A stretch of DNA of 64,000 bases from the human T2T-CHM13v2.0 reference genome, Homo sapiens: the NCBI RefSeq assembly GCF_009914755.1, contig NC_060931.1, one strand, 5' to 3'. Numbering within the stretch: the stretch's first letter is position 1; every line of letters begins with the position of its first letter. The position numbers and the translations under genes were made by a program. The notes beneath the pieces are model-generated. The model was not told the origin of the DNA. It worked only from the letters and a program-made list of their open reading frames with translations, and made no database searches. Below are positions 40,912 through 53,860 of the stretch, piece by piece.

Positions 40912-41041
40912 TGTTTCTGATTACTTTTTAACCTGATCTCTAGCTTTCCACTCCAGACCATAGACATGTGCTCTCATCTCCAGGTCTCTGAACATATACT
41001 TTACTCTGTCATGGAACCCTCGTCTGTCTCTCTCTTTCTAA

Positions 41042-41076
<35 letters not shown>

Positions 41077-41122
41077 CGTGCATATATATATATACATATA
41101 TATATATATACACACACACACA
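41042..41122. repeat. (CA)n(TA)n(CA)n compound microsatellite
   Basis: Direct sequence. Confidence 0.93.
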
Positions 41123-41846
41123 TGATTCACACTGCTGATACCCACTCTCTCGAGGTCTTTAGGTGTCACACTACGGGGAACTTTATCCCGTGTCTTTGAT
41201 CTCTTACTTGTGCTATTAGTACTGTTTTCTTTTCATCAAACTTACTATATTTGTAAAATATTTTAATAGCTCTTTTTCCCTGGATTATAGTTTTGGTAGG
41301 TCAACAAACCAGTTTTTGCCTTTGCTTTCATATTCCCAGAACTGAGGACACTGTGTGACACACAGTGGGTTCTCTGTATTTAGAAAAGCAAAAAGTGTAT
41401 AAAAGAATGTGTGAAGTGGTAATTTATAATGACAAATTCTCATAAGTGCTTTTGTTGCTTCATATCCCTCTGCAATACCCCACATAAAAAGCCATTATAA
41501 TAATATTAGTAACTCACAGAAAGAATACCATAACCAAGGGGTCTTATTTTGTCTTATCATTATTAATACTTAGATCTTCTCTCTATAGTACTTGCTGTAC
41601 AAATAAGTCTATTAAAAAATTCAGTTTGTCATTTCTGACATTTTATTTTTCCAACTTATTAAGTGTATTGAAAATTTAAATTCTGTTCCTCAATATGGTA
41701 CAAAAACTTACTTATTAAGGCCAACATCAATGGAAAGGTTTAATAAAACCTCTGGAATTCAGGGTAGTTTGATCTTAATTTAAAATTGAACTCTGTGTAA
41801 CTCCATTATTTCAGGTTCATTTACACTAACTTCAACTGCAGTTTAA

Positions 41847-42213
<367 letters not shown>

Positions 42214-42229
42214 TAACAATTAACTCAAA

Positions 42230-42455
42230 AATATGTTTTTATTGCCCATCTACCAGGAGCAAGACACTTTAATAAGGATTTTCACATAAACTTCATGCTC
42301 ATGGTTCTCCTCTAAGGCTGTTTCTATTATTTTTGAGAGCTAAATCCTAGAATGATTAAGTAATTTGTATGAAAACAAGTAGCTAAACTCTGGGAGAGTC
42401 ACAATTCAAACACAAGTTGTCTGACTTCATACCTAATACTGTTTCAAGTGCTCTT
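42230..42455 (-). mobile_element. MIR
   Basis: gattaagtaatttg...agctaaactctgggagagtcacaattcaaacacaagttgtctgacttc. Confidence 0.6.
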
Positions 42456-44314
42456 CTTATCATCATCACTGATATTTTCTAAAAATGCATATGACTTTTT
42501 CAGAAGTTCTTTTGAGATTATAAGAATCTGAAGTAATCGCCCTCACATTATAATCTAAAAATCACTCAGCACATTCAGTAAACCAATTGGAAATCAATTG
42601 AAAGCAAAACATAAAAGAAAATGATTTGTACATAGGTAATTTTTTGGTAAAAAATTAATAATGGCTGACTGAGTCACATGTTAGCATGGCTGGCTTGATG
42701 GAAAGGAGCAATAGTTTAACTTACTCATAAGTCAAGTAAGTTGGCTTAATGACAGTGGGGAACAGCATACCCATACAATTTAAATTCAAACTTATGTTAA
42801 TAGTTCTCAAAGCAGGACATCTAGAAACCTCCATATTTCTTCCAAGTGTAGTAGTATACCAAATGTGAGACACAGATGGATTTACTTGGTTTACTTTCCT
42901 ATCCTATGTGACATTAATATTAGTCTTTGTGACAGGCCCATCAACTCTATTCCCGCTTCTACTTGAGTATAAAGGAAAAGAAAGGCACCTGTAGGGAATG
43001 CGCTTTCCTGTTACATGGAGGCCACTTACAAAGAAAGATTTCCAAAGAAAGTGTTGTCCCTGCCCACAGAAATTGATATAACTCAAGTTCTATAATCTAA
43101 GAATGTTTGTTCAGTTGCTTAGAACTTATTGCAAAGGTGACCAAATTAAGTATCTAATCATTCCTCCACCCATCAAGTTTTATCTTGCACAGCCTATTAG
43201 GTGGCCAGCTGTGTCACCAATGTGTGTTACTGACCACAGGTAGGGTTAGATAGGAGAGTCTAGTTGGTCACAAATAATAGTTTAAATATGTAGCCTTCAG
43301 TTATTTGCCATTACACATGAAAGAAACTCTCATAACACATCTGTAGAAACCCTAATCATTTAAGCCAGCAATTATGGATAGTCTCTTAAACAAAAATCTA
43401 TTAATTTCATTACATTTGCTCATATAGATTAATCACCACTCACCTTTATATCAAATAAAAATGATGGTGTTAAAATCAATAAATGAAATACCCCTCAAAC
43501 TATCAAGTAGATGCCTAATTTAGAATATATTTTTTCCTCTCGTTACATGTCTTTTTGTCCATAAGAATAAAAATCCTCTTATAAGGAAACCTCACAATAT
43601 ATAAACAAATAACCAGAAATTTCAACTAAGTTATGTTGTAATAAGGCAGAATGGCTGTTGCAAAAGGTACAAATGTTCTTCAGAATAACATTTACACGAA
43701 GTGGGTTTTGATTGTTGCTTTGATCACAGGGTTAGAAGTGATGAAGGAGGAAATCTTATCCACTACACAGACTGAGTGTGGAAACCTGTATTAAGCAATC
43801 TGATAAGCCTAAGTACAGAACATTAAGTCTCTAGAAATACCTTGCACATATACCTGAAATAGCAGAAAACAGAAATCTTCAGCCTTGCATAAATATATTT
43901 CCACTTTCAATTTATAAGAGCAATTACTACTATAGGAAAAGATATTTCATAAGGATTAATGACAAGCTAAAGGTAATGATTCCTGCCCTCGTGTTAGGCT
44001 ATCAACTCCCTTCAGAGATGAAACCTAATCAATCTATCATTATTGAACTGATGTTACATACATAATTCTAAAAAAAAAAGCTACCTCATTTTGATGCCAA
44101 TAAACTCCTGAAGATACAAAAATACAATCCTCTTCGGCAGGACCACTCTGATTGACTTTGCCCCAAAAATCTGCGGAGAGAAATTTAACAGGCTGACTAT
44201 AAAGCTAAAATACTTGTTTGTAGCCACATTCACATTAAAACACTGATTGAATTGTAAAAGCCACAACTTCTCTGTGACTGGGGTTGTTGTTTGTAACATG
44301 GGGTAACAACTGCC

Positions 44315-45425
44315 TTCATCCACTCAATAAACATTATTTTGGGAGATAATTAAGCACAAGGCACCATCTAAATGCTGAAAATACAACTTTGACTAAGGCA
44401 CAGTCACCATCTTCAGGGATTTTAATCCACTGGGGAAGATATCCAAGTAAGGAAGAAATTACAAAAAGGTCTCAAAACTCTCCCACAATGGGGCAGGGTA
44501 GGTGACAGGGAGCATATAACCTTGCCTTTAGAGTAGGTGTGAGAGGTGACCAGAAAAGCTTATCCATAGGAAATGACCTCAGAATAGAAAGTAATCAGGC
44601 TAATATGCTGGTCTCCCTGGCAGAAGTGATAATACATGCAAATGCTTGGAGGTAATTAAAGAAAAAAGCAACACACTCAAGCCACTGCAAGTTGTCCTGT
44701 GTGGCCCATTAATTCAGGGCCTGCATGAAGAGAGATGAGGCTAGAGACATAAGGAGAGACTACAGCATAAAAGTCTCCTGTAAACAATATGAATAGGTCT
44801 TCTTCCGAGAGCAATGGAAAATCATTTGTGGGTTTCAAGAGGAACTGACCTGATCAGATTTTAGGAAGTTAATTTTGGCAGGAGGGAAAGATGGACCCAG
44901 CCTCAGCTAAGCCTGCTGGAAAACCAGTACTGCAGCACAGGAAAAATAGAATAGTGGCAAGGGAGATGGAGAGACATTGATAATATCAAAGGATAACAAG
45001 GCAGTAAGATTTAAAATGTAATGGACATGGAAAAATGGGGAAGAAGGTGCCACTCCCTAAGAGAAGGTGAACAGGAAAAACACAGATTTATAAAGGTAGG
45101 TAAGATTTTCACTATGGAACTTGTGAAGTTTTAGGGCAGGACATCCAAATAGAGATGTCTTTTAGATAGATAGACAGGGCTCCTCCTGAGGAGAGAATGC
45201 TGGTATAGAAATAAATATTTGATATGTATATATTCTGATTGAGGCATTCAAAGTGGATCAAGTTGCCTAAGGGATATAGTCAGATAAGCAGAGACAAAAA
45301 GGGAATGCACTGAAAACATAGCTATGTATTTAAAACCACTGAAGTCATGGGAAGAGATAGGAAGTACATGAGGGTATGTAGATGAGATAGGAAGACATTA
45401 AGGAGAGTGTGTTGTCATAAAAGTT
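44315..45425 (-). mobile_element. L2 LINE relic, about 1.1 kb
   Basis: ttcatccactcaataaacatt...aaatgctgaaaataca; gagatgaggctagag; gacatccaaatagagatgtc; gtatttaaaaccactgaag. Confidence 0.75.
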
Positions 45426-45426
45426 C

Positions 45427-46100
45427 TAGTGGAATTTGTTAGTTTTTATTCCCAGCAGTCATTTCTTCTTCTTATGGTGTTACTACATGAACTTTGATAT
45501 GAGTAAACTCTTCATTCCATTCTCAATCATGCTTTTTAGACTTCACCCCTAGGGTCTAGGAGTTGAATACACGAAATAGGCAAAACCTATTGAAGTTGAA
45601 TACATGAAATATAAAGTTGAATATATGAAGTTGTTGAATACATGAAACGTGAAGTTGAATACATGAATACCTATTGGATTTGAATACATGAAATAGGCAA
45701 AACCAGTCAGCTCATTCTCTCCTGTCTACAAGACATGTCTACAAAACATGTCTACAAGCTCATTCCCTCCTGGCTCAAGAGTGGGCACAGGACTCAAATC
45801 AAGTCAATCGGTGTCAACACAGTTCAATTACAGAATTCTGAGTTACTGGGGAAACAGATTCTTCTGAACTGGTGTTGCAGTTCTGTGAGCCTGAAGTATA
45901 TAACTTTCCTCCATCGAGTCTGAGAAGAAAGTCAAGACAAAACGTAACCAAGGGGGATAGATCTTACTGACATCACTTGAACCCTTTATCAGCAGGAGGT
46001 TACAATTTGAAGATGCTGAAGATGTTCATTCTCCCAAGTTCCTACCAAGAGTCACTATCCCAAATAGCTTCATGTTTCCTTACTTTTCTAACTCAAATCT
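45427..46100 (+). mobile_element. Old MaLR LTR (MLT1K-like) carrying complex local duplications
   Basis: tagtgg...cccagcagtcatttcttcttctt; gagtgggcacaggactcaa; tgacatcacttgaaccc. Confidence 0.55.
45561..45704 (+). repeat. Irregular repeat array, six copies of TTGAATAYAYGAA
   Basis: Copies at about 45563, 45596, 45617, 45634, 45655 and 45680. Confidence 0.9.
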
Positions 46101-48129
46101 ACCTAGAAAACTGCTGCCATATTGATTTTCTTATTTTCATTATTTTAAACACTTTCTTCTGGCTATAAGATAAATATAAAATTAGGGGGAAATTGAATAT
46201 TGAAGAAATAACAATAAAAAGCATAAAAATTAATTAGTACAAACTCCACTACTCAAGAATGCTGTTAAAAGTCCAATATAAAAATAGTATTTTAAATTGT
46301 ATACAATAGTATGATGTAACTAATTTTTTAAAAAAACAGATACACACTTCTGCCAAAAACAGAAAAAGACCATAAGGAAATGTGTTAAAATGTCAGTTTA
46401 GGCTGTTTTGAATGATAAGAATGTAGATGAATTTTCTTTTTGCTATAAGAGTTAATATGTCTTCTCTGCATATTACATTAAGAATGAATTTCAGGGTTTT
46501 CTTCCTTCTCAATATGCAGTGGTTCAGTTCAGCTCTTTCTCTCAGAAACTGGGGAGATCCAAAAATGAGTGTCAGCGTCTATAATTCTCCCTCTGTCTCT
46601 AAAAAGGCATAAATTTTATGGTTGAAGTTACAAGTACTTCAAGACAAAGTTGGTGTTATAAAAATAAAAAAGTACATAGATATGTATTTACATATGAGAT
46701 ATACATATATATCAATCATACAACAGAACAGTCTCATGCCATTATTAGGTAGGTGTGTGGGATTTAGAAATCTCCAGCCACAAGAGGTAGGTTATGACAA
46801 CAGACCATGCGTTTCAAAATGTTGTTTTAAACAAGTGAGTGTGTATAAATGTACTGAGGGTTGGATGGTGACATACGGAATTATCTATGTGATTTGAAAA
46901 ATGAATACTCGGTCAGAGGTTGCAGCTCTAGAAATTGTGAGACTAACACCAAGCAGCTTAGGCAAGTAATTTTTGTCTATTTTTGTAAAGTAAGGCGGTT
47001 TTTTTTTCCTGTTCCTAAAATTAGGAGGAAATAATATTTTGCAGAGCTTAAAATTAGTTCTCTGTTCGAAGCTTTCAATATTTTTCAATGAGAGGAAATT
47101 TTTAAATAAATTACATTCTGTAAAATTAAAAATAAACTTCATAGAAAAGTACACTAAAACAAGCCCCAACATCGTTTTTAAATAAGAAGTTGAACTGTTA
47201 ATGCAATGACATCTTAATTTACACACAATTCTCCATTTAGCTGTTTGAAACCTAATAATAACATTTGAGCAATAAATTATGTATCAAATATTTCCTCTTC
47301 TGATAGCCCACCAAAATATAGATTCAATGTGTACTACTGCTGAAAGTCCAAGTGAGATTTAAGATGGCTCCCAGATATTTTAATTCCATGATATAAATTA
47401 TTGGCTTCAGCATATATTCTAACATTACACTTCTCTTTACAAGAGTTCTTGCAACAGTTCATGACTTCTAACCAGGGCTGATATTAAATTCATGCTCTGG
47501 AGAAACATAATTTTAACCTGTCAAATGCTTCAGATTCTTTCCAAGATAGAACAAGGATTAATTTCATGTAAAGCAATAAAATTTACTGCATAAACCAAAA
47601 CTTTGTAGAAATTCTTTGAGATTCACTGACTGACTCTTGAATCAGGATGCCCTTAGCATGAAGGGTGTATGCTACCCTTCTTTTCAGTCTACTTCAGTCC
47701 CTCCCACAATCCAGAGACCAGCTTTCCACCAGGTGTCTCAGGATGTTCTCCCCTTTATATATGGGCTTGTCTCAAAAACCAAAGGAAAGTGAGAGTTTTG
47801 TTTTGCCTTTTAATGAACACATGATTAAACTATTAGTTATTATTCAGTATGTATATTGTGATTTCAAGACTCCCCCAGTAAATAATTCACAATATTTCTT
47901 ATGCTGCTGTGGAGTAGCTCATTTACAAAAGAGGTGCCTGTAGTGCTTTAGACAGCATTGACTGAAGTACAGCCTTGTGCAATTTTAGGGGGTCCTAGGA
48001 AGGGGCTAAGATTACTTTTTTTCAGGCTCTCCTTTCTCTTTAAAGCCTCTGGGTATATTGATCATGTTCAGGCCTCAAATATCAGTGGGGTGTGGAAGGA
48101 GGTGAGAGGAAGGTTATTCTACCTTGTAA

Positions 48130-48440
48130 CATAGTTATCCCAAACCTCATTCTGGAATTTGACTCCTGTTTGAACTTAGGGAGCAATTAAAATACAGTCA
48201 TGCCAACTCAGCCCCAGCCAAATGCTTTACACTTTTCTACTACAGGAATGCTCATCTCTTAAGCCAAGATTCCAATCCTTGTTTGTCCCTAGGCTGGAAA
48301 GCCACATCACTGACACAGCTGTTGAGATGAAGCCGAGATAGTGGAGTGGAGTCTTGACCTTTTACTCACCCTCTAGCACAGCCCATAAAGGGCCTGCATG
48401 AAACTTTGGAACTTTCTGAAGCACTGGGTGAAAACCACTA
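48130..48440. mobile_element. hAT-Charlie MITE relic (MER102-like)
   Basis: Terminus gaagcactgggtgaaaaccact followed by atcta. Confidence 0.4.
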
Positions 48441-48918
48441 ATCTAAAATGTTCTTCCAAAGTCCTTCCGGGTCCTAAATATTTGCATTCTATATAACACC
48501 ATACTACTGGTTTTTATGAGCAACGTGTTCTTCCTTATTTAGTTTGGCCCCTCACATTCAAATATATGGGAGCTGCATTAGGAACCACATTTCCAATATA
48601 TTCACTCTGGTTTGGGGACACAATTGTACAGCAGATTGTGGCACCAGATCTCTGATACATCAAAATGTCAAAAATTTGGTTACCTCTTATGGGATAAAGT
48701 AGAAGATTATGGTAACAGGTAAATATAAGTAACTCTCAGAAAGCAAAGTTTGAAGGTGTTTTATCTATTGAATATGCTAGCAAATTTTCACTTTCTTTTA
48801 AATGAAGATTAGGAAGGCCCCCACCAATATGCTACAGTGCCCTGATGCCTACGTCTACTGCTGAGTAAATACTCAGCTTTGCTCATGTAACTGGACCAGC
48901 ATATTTGTCTGGAGCTGA

Positions 48919-48937
48919 TGCTGCCCTCTGGCTGCCA
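48919..48937 (-). promoter_or_regulatory. Candidate CTCF site
   Basis: Minus strand TGGCAGCCAGAGGGCAGCA. Confidence 0.5.
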
Positions 48938-50382
48938 ATGTGAATTAAATCCTTACAGAAATAACTAAGCTTCATCACAAACAAGCAAGTTCAGTTTTGG
49001 AACTGAATCTTTGATAAGGTTCTCTGAGAAGCCCTCATTCTGGATCATGAAGTCAATACTCACTTCATACTCTCTTGACAGTATAGCACTTCTAAAGGGC
49101 AACATCTCAGCTCCCTCTGTTTCTAGCACTCAATATTGCCAATGAAAGGAAAATTTTTAAAAAACCATGTTCTGTAAGAATAAAAATAAACAAACTTCAT
49201 AGAAAATCACAATGAGACAAATTCTTTTACCAGTGTCTCTGGCTTTCACATGTTTTTGCATAATGAAAGGGCTAATATAACATAACAAATCCTAAACTGT
49301 TTTCACAAGGAGTGGAAAAAAGATGTGTAAAAGTATGCTCTGTCTTGCTTCCTTCTGTTCACAATGTATCTAAATAAAACAAATGGTGTTCTTGCTCTTT
49401 CTGTCTGTTTCCCAATCTGTTTGGATAGTAGCCACCATCCCGCAGCCAACGATAATATCTGACACTTCCTGACATCATGAAAGCCACCATCTGTCTATCA
49501 CCAAAACCCTGTACTTTTTAAAGACTACTTGGCTTGATCCTTAATGAAGCTTCAAGTTGAATGCACAGATCGCTTTAGAAGGAATACAAGGAATAATTGA
49601 CACAAGGTATCTGTATAAAATCACGTTCTCATTAGATTCCATTTGAAAACATAAAATGAAATATTAAGGCCCCTTTCAGGCAGAAAAAGCATGGTTTACT
49701 TTCAATTGTGTTTCATTTCCGATTTGCCTGTGAAAGTTTAGACAGTGTTGAACACCAGGAATAAACCTAAACTAAAGCCTAAGCTTTAAATTCAATATTT
49801 TCCAGTCTTGTAAAATTAAACAGTTAGACATGACTTTGCAGTTTGTATACTTGAGCTATGAAAAAAGAAGAAAATCCATCAATTATTTTTCCAAGGCTTG
49901 AGAAAATCATGCCATTTAAAACTGAATCAACTTCTTTAACACCTGAACGATTATCCAGGAAACAAAAGAAGGTTCTGTATGTCTTCACTTGTAAATGTCA
50001 CAGGTGAACACAAACAACCCTGTGCTGGCAATGTCAAGTCACTCTTTGTTTTATTAAACTGTTGTACCTCTATGTGTGCAACAAGGGAATTAGTTAACAG
50101 GGGAGACTGCGGAAAAATATAATAATTCCTAGGTGATATTAAGTTCTCTCAGAAAAAGTAAAGCTTTCCAGGGAGAAGACAGATTAACAAGTTTCATACA
50201 CAACTTTCTTGACTGCACTCCAATGTTGTGATTTGTGACATTGATTTCACACTAATGTCTTTCTTTTCTCTCCTTACTCCAATGTTGTCCTGTGGTTCCT
50301 TTTAACAACCTCATAAATCCAAATTTTGTGAAGTCATAGATATTTATCTGATAGTCAAAAACGTGTATGTATGTAGAATACA

Positions 50383-50508
50383 CACTATATTCACTTATAT
50401 ATGTATATGTGTGTATGTGTGCATGTATGTATACAGGAAAGAGAATGAGAGCGCTATAGAGGCAGACACAGAGAAACGACGTGTGTGTGTGTCTGTGTGT
50501 CTGTGTGT
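50383..50508. repeat. TG/TA low-complexity microsatellites
   Basis: Direct sequence. Confidence 0.75.
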
Positions 50509-50644
50509 GAATGTTTAGATCAGCCATAAGTTTATATCTTAAACTGGGGGAAAGATACGTATACAGTTCTGTTACAAAGTCCTTATGAGAGTTGAAGTTG
50601 CATTTCTCCAGAAAAAAATAGCTTGGTAAAATAAGATTTATCAT

Positions 50645-50865
50645 GTGCTTATGCTATGCTAGGTACGTGGTCATGCGCTTCATAATTGTCATTTCATTTG
50701 ATTATATTTGTTGGGCACTATTACTATCCCACTGTTTTGAAGAGGTAATTAAGGCTTATAGATGGTAACTTAACTTGCTGAAGATCCCACAGCTAGTAAG
50801 TAATAGATACTGGATTCAAATCAAAATGGTGTGATTCAATGCCTGTGCTCTCTCCCACCACGACT
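50645..50865 (-). mobile_element. MIR, near full length
   Basis: taacttgctgaagatcccacagctagtaagt...ggattcaaa...gcctgtgctct. Confidence 0.8.
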
Positions 50866-53807
50866 GTACAGTATCCCTTGCTTAGACTGTGTACCCTCAT
50901 ACAGTCTCTAGCTATGAGATTATAAAACTTGGCACAGTAGGGAAAAGGGGGAAAGTGGACATCAAAATATTTTCATCCACATGAGTGACAGCCTTCCAAA
51001 TCATCATCATGAAAGTCTAAGCACTTATTTTTCCAATTTAGTTGATATTTTGGAAGGGCAAGTGACTCTAAGCCATTTTATCAGCTTTAAAAGAAAAGAT
51101 CATGTTGCATTTTGCCCCCATATTGGATTTATAGAACAAGCCCCACCTTAGCTGAAAAGCAGCCTCATTGCTATTCTTTGTCTGTCCACTCTACATCACT
51201 ACGTTTTCAGATGGACAGTGAAGAATGAATTATCCACTTGAAATAACAGTGAGGGAGGCAGAATGGTTCACTTGAGTAGATAGTCTATCATAACACTAGA
51301 CTCTTACTCCACTCAACGCACCGTGATCCTTAAAACCAACAGATGCCTGGGGAGCTGTATTCAACATGTTATCCAAGGTTCTTCCTAAGAACCTTGTCAT
51401 GGAAATAGCTGTTATTTTTTTCTCCCAAACTAATTCAGAGTAAAGGGTATATCTTCATATCACTGAGTCTTCTACTTTCTGCTTGTCACCTAACCTATTG
51501 AAAAAAGAAACATAAAAATATACACCCTTGAGCTGAAACATTAGCAAAACCTGCAGCTAGTCCTTTTACTGTGTGTGTGTCTTGAATTGTACTGGGACTC
51601 TCCATAGACATTTGATTTTATTCATTAGTTTAATAACATTTAATTGCTCCTCATTTGTTACATGCAAACACATTCATTTCATGTTACACTTCCCTCTACT
51701 AGAGAATTCAGGCTCATGTTTCGCAACCTGGAGATGGGGCATTGTAGTTTTTAGAATAGAAATAACACATCAGAAAAAAATGAGAGCAGGTTGTTTAAAT
51801 AAAAAGTGAATAAATTATTCAGAGCTGTTTGGATTTGGAAAGAACTTTTCTGTGTTGATTAAAACCTCTTAATTTGTTTTGTGCTGCTGTGAAAGAGCAG
51901 GGTGTAAATAAGTTGGGACCAGAATGCCCTTCTCTGTCAGAAGTACTTGGTCCAGCCCAAAAAAATATGGCCACCTCAGAATGTCTTAATCTTTAGAATA
52001 ATGTAGGAAAATGGGGGTTTTTTTACTTTAAAAAGATTCATAATGTTAATGAAAAATATAGTTGACATTTTTAAACAATAAAAAAATTTCCAGAGATTAC
52101 AACATACATATCCTACAGTTAAAAAGAAAGAAAAGAAATGAAATGAAGCTAAACTAATAAATAAATAACACCATAAGGAAATAAATAAAAAGTGACTGCT
52201 AATATTTGCCCATCATCATCCTTTATATCCTCACCCTTCAAATCTTAATGCTTCTTTCTACATAGATTTATTATGTTTAGGTTTTTATTAATTCTAGTCT
52301 ACAAAATGTCTTCAAATAAATGTATTAAATACTAGTCCCTAAGTATTTATTATAAGAAGTATCTTAAGAGATTCTCATTTATATATCTAATATCATAAAC
52401 TTGACCTTTCTAGCATTCTTTTAAAAAATAACACATAACGGAAGACATTTAAATAAAGTTTTTGTGAGTATAAACTGAAAGCAATAACCTTTCTTTATAC
52501 TAAATTACTATAGAGTTATCATTCATAGAGCATGACTTTAATTTACTTGTTTAAAATTTTTTTAAAACATAAAAAGCAGAATGATTTTTTAGCCTATTGA
52601 TGAAAATGGTTTTAAACTTTATACCATAGTAATTATTGTCAATTTTTGCTTCTATAACATTTTTCAATGGTATGCTCACAAGATAAAACACAAAAATTGG
52701 TTTCCACAGAGATCTCCTGGAAAAAGCCCTATACCTAATATTCTTGTTTGGAGGAAGAAACTGGGAAAAACATCTGTCATCTCCTCACCAGGTTGTTTTT
52801 TGTTTTTTGTTTTTCTACTGAGATGTTGTACAGAAGCCATTTATTGAGTATGCAGGCTATTTTAACAGTGCCTTGCAGTATAAGCGTGGGCTAGAGAAAA
52901 GAAGAAAGAGAGAAAAAGCATTCATAATTCATAAATATTATTCAACATAAACAGCCTCAAAGATATTTATAGAAATACCTAGGGTATAGGGAGCTGTGTT
53001 GTGGGCTGTATAACTTTCATTAGTTATGCAAATTTACCCAGGCAAGTTAAATGAAAAAAAAAAAGAGTGCATTAAGAATGTTAATCACATTTGAAAATAT
53101 GACCTAGCTTTAATATAGTACAGTACTCTTCTGGACATCTATACTTAGACTTCTTAATCACAGGTAGCAAGTAGAAAAGTAAGTACTTTATAGAAAAATA
53201 CAAGTGCTAGTTTCACTGCTTTCACGGAACCCAGATAAATGTGACAACGTTAAAGGTAAAAAAATAAAAAATGTACACTGTTGTACAATATATACATGTT
53301 TATTGCTGGGCATTTAAGAAAATATAGACGACCAAAAGGATAACAGAAAAAGGCTCATAAAACATAAAATATAGGTTTTAGTGTATATTCTTCTAGTGTT
53401 TTTCTTTTCTGTAAATTCTCTGAAAAAAGATATATGATCTTAATGGAACATAAATCACAAGGATATGCATCTGTCTGTATATATCTGCTTGACCCAATGT
53501 GTCCAAAGAAAGCTGTTAATCTTGTCTCTGGATAGGCAACTTATCTTTACCATGTTCAATAATTTTATCCTTTATTGAAATTAATGCATATTTCAGTGAT
53601 TCTAAAGAAAATGTCAATAGTAGAGCATTGATTCAATAGTTCTTTATCATTATTTTCTAATTGAAATTTTCTTATTTTTCTCATTGGAATATCTGTCTTC
53701 ATTTCTCTACTCAAAAATCACAGCATTCTGTCAAAACTCAATTTAAGTCACATATCCTCTATAAAACCTTTCTTTAAGCATTGTCCTAGTTTCCTGTGAC
53801 ATCTTGA

Positions 53808-53810
<3 letters not shown>

Positions 53811-53853
<43 letters not shown>

Positions 53854-53860
53854 TGTGTGT
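53811..53860. repeat. (GT)21+ microsatellite
   Basis: Direct sequence. Confidence 0.97.

Noticed and set aside
44085-44135. 23-nt minus-strand microexon candidate
   Set aside because: Not frame-preserving; weak donor GTAGCT
45561-45704. CRISPR-like repeat-spacer appearance
   Set aside because: Repeats are about 13 bp, the spacers are short, irregular and locally templated, the context is eukaryotic, and there are no cas genes
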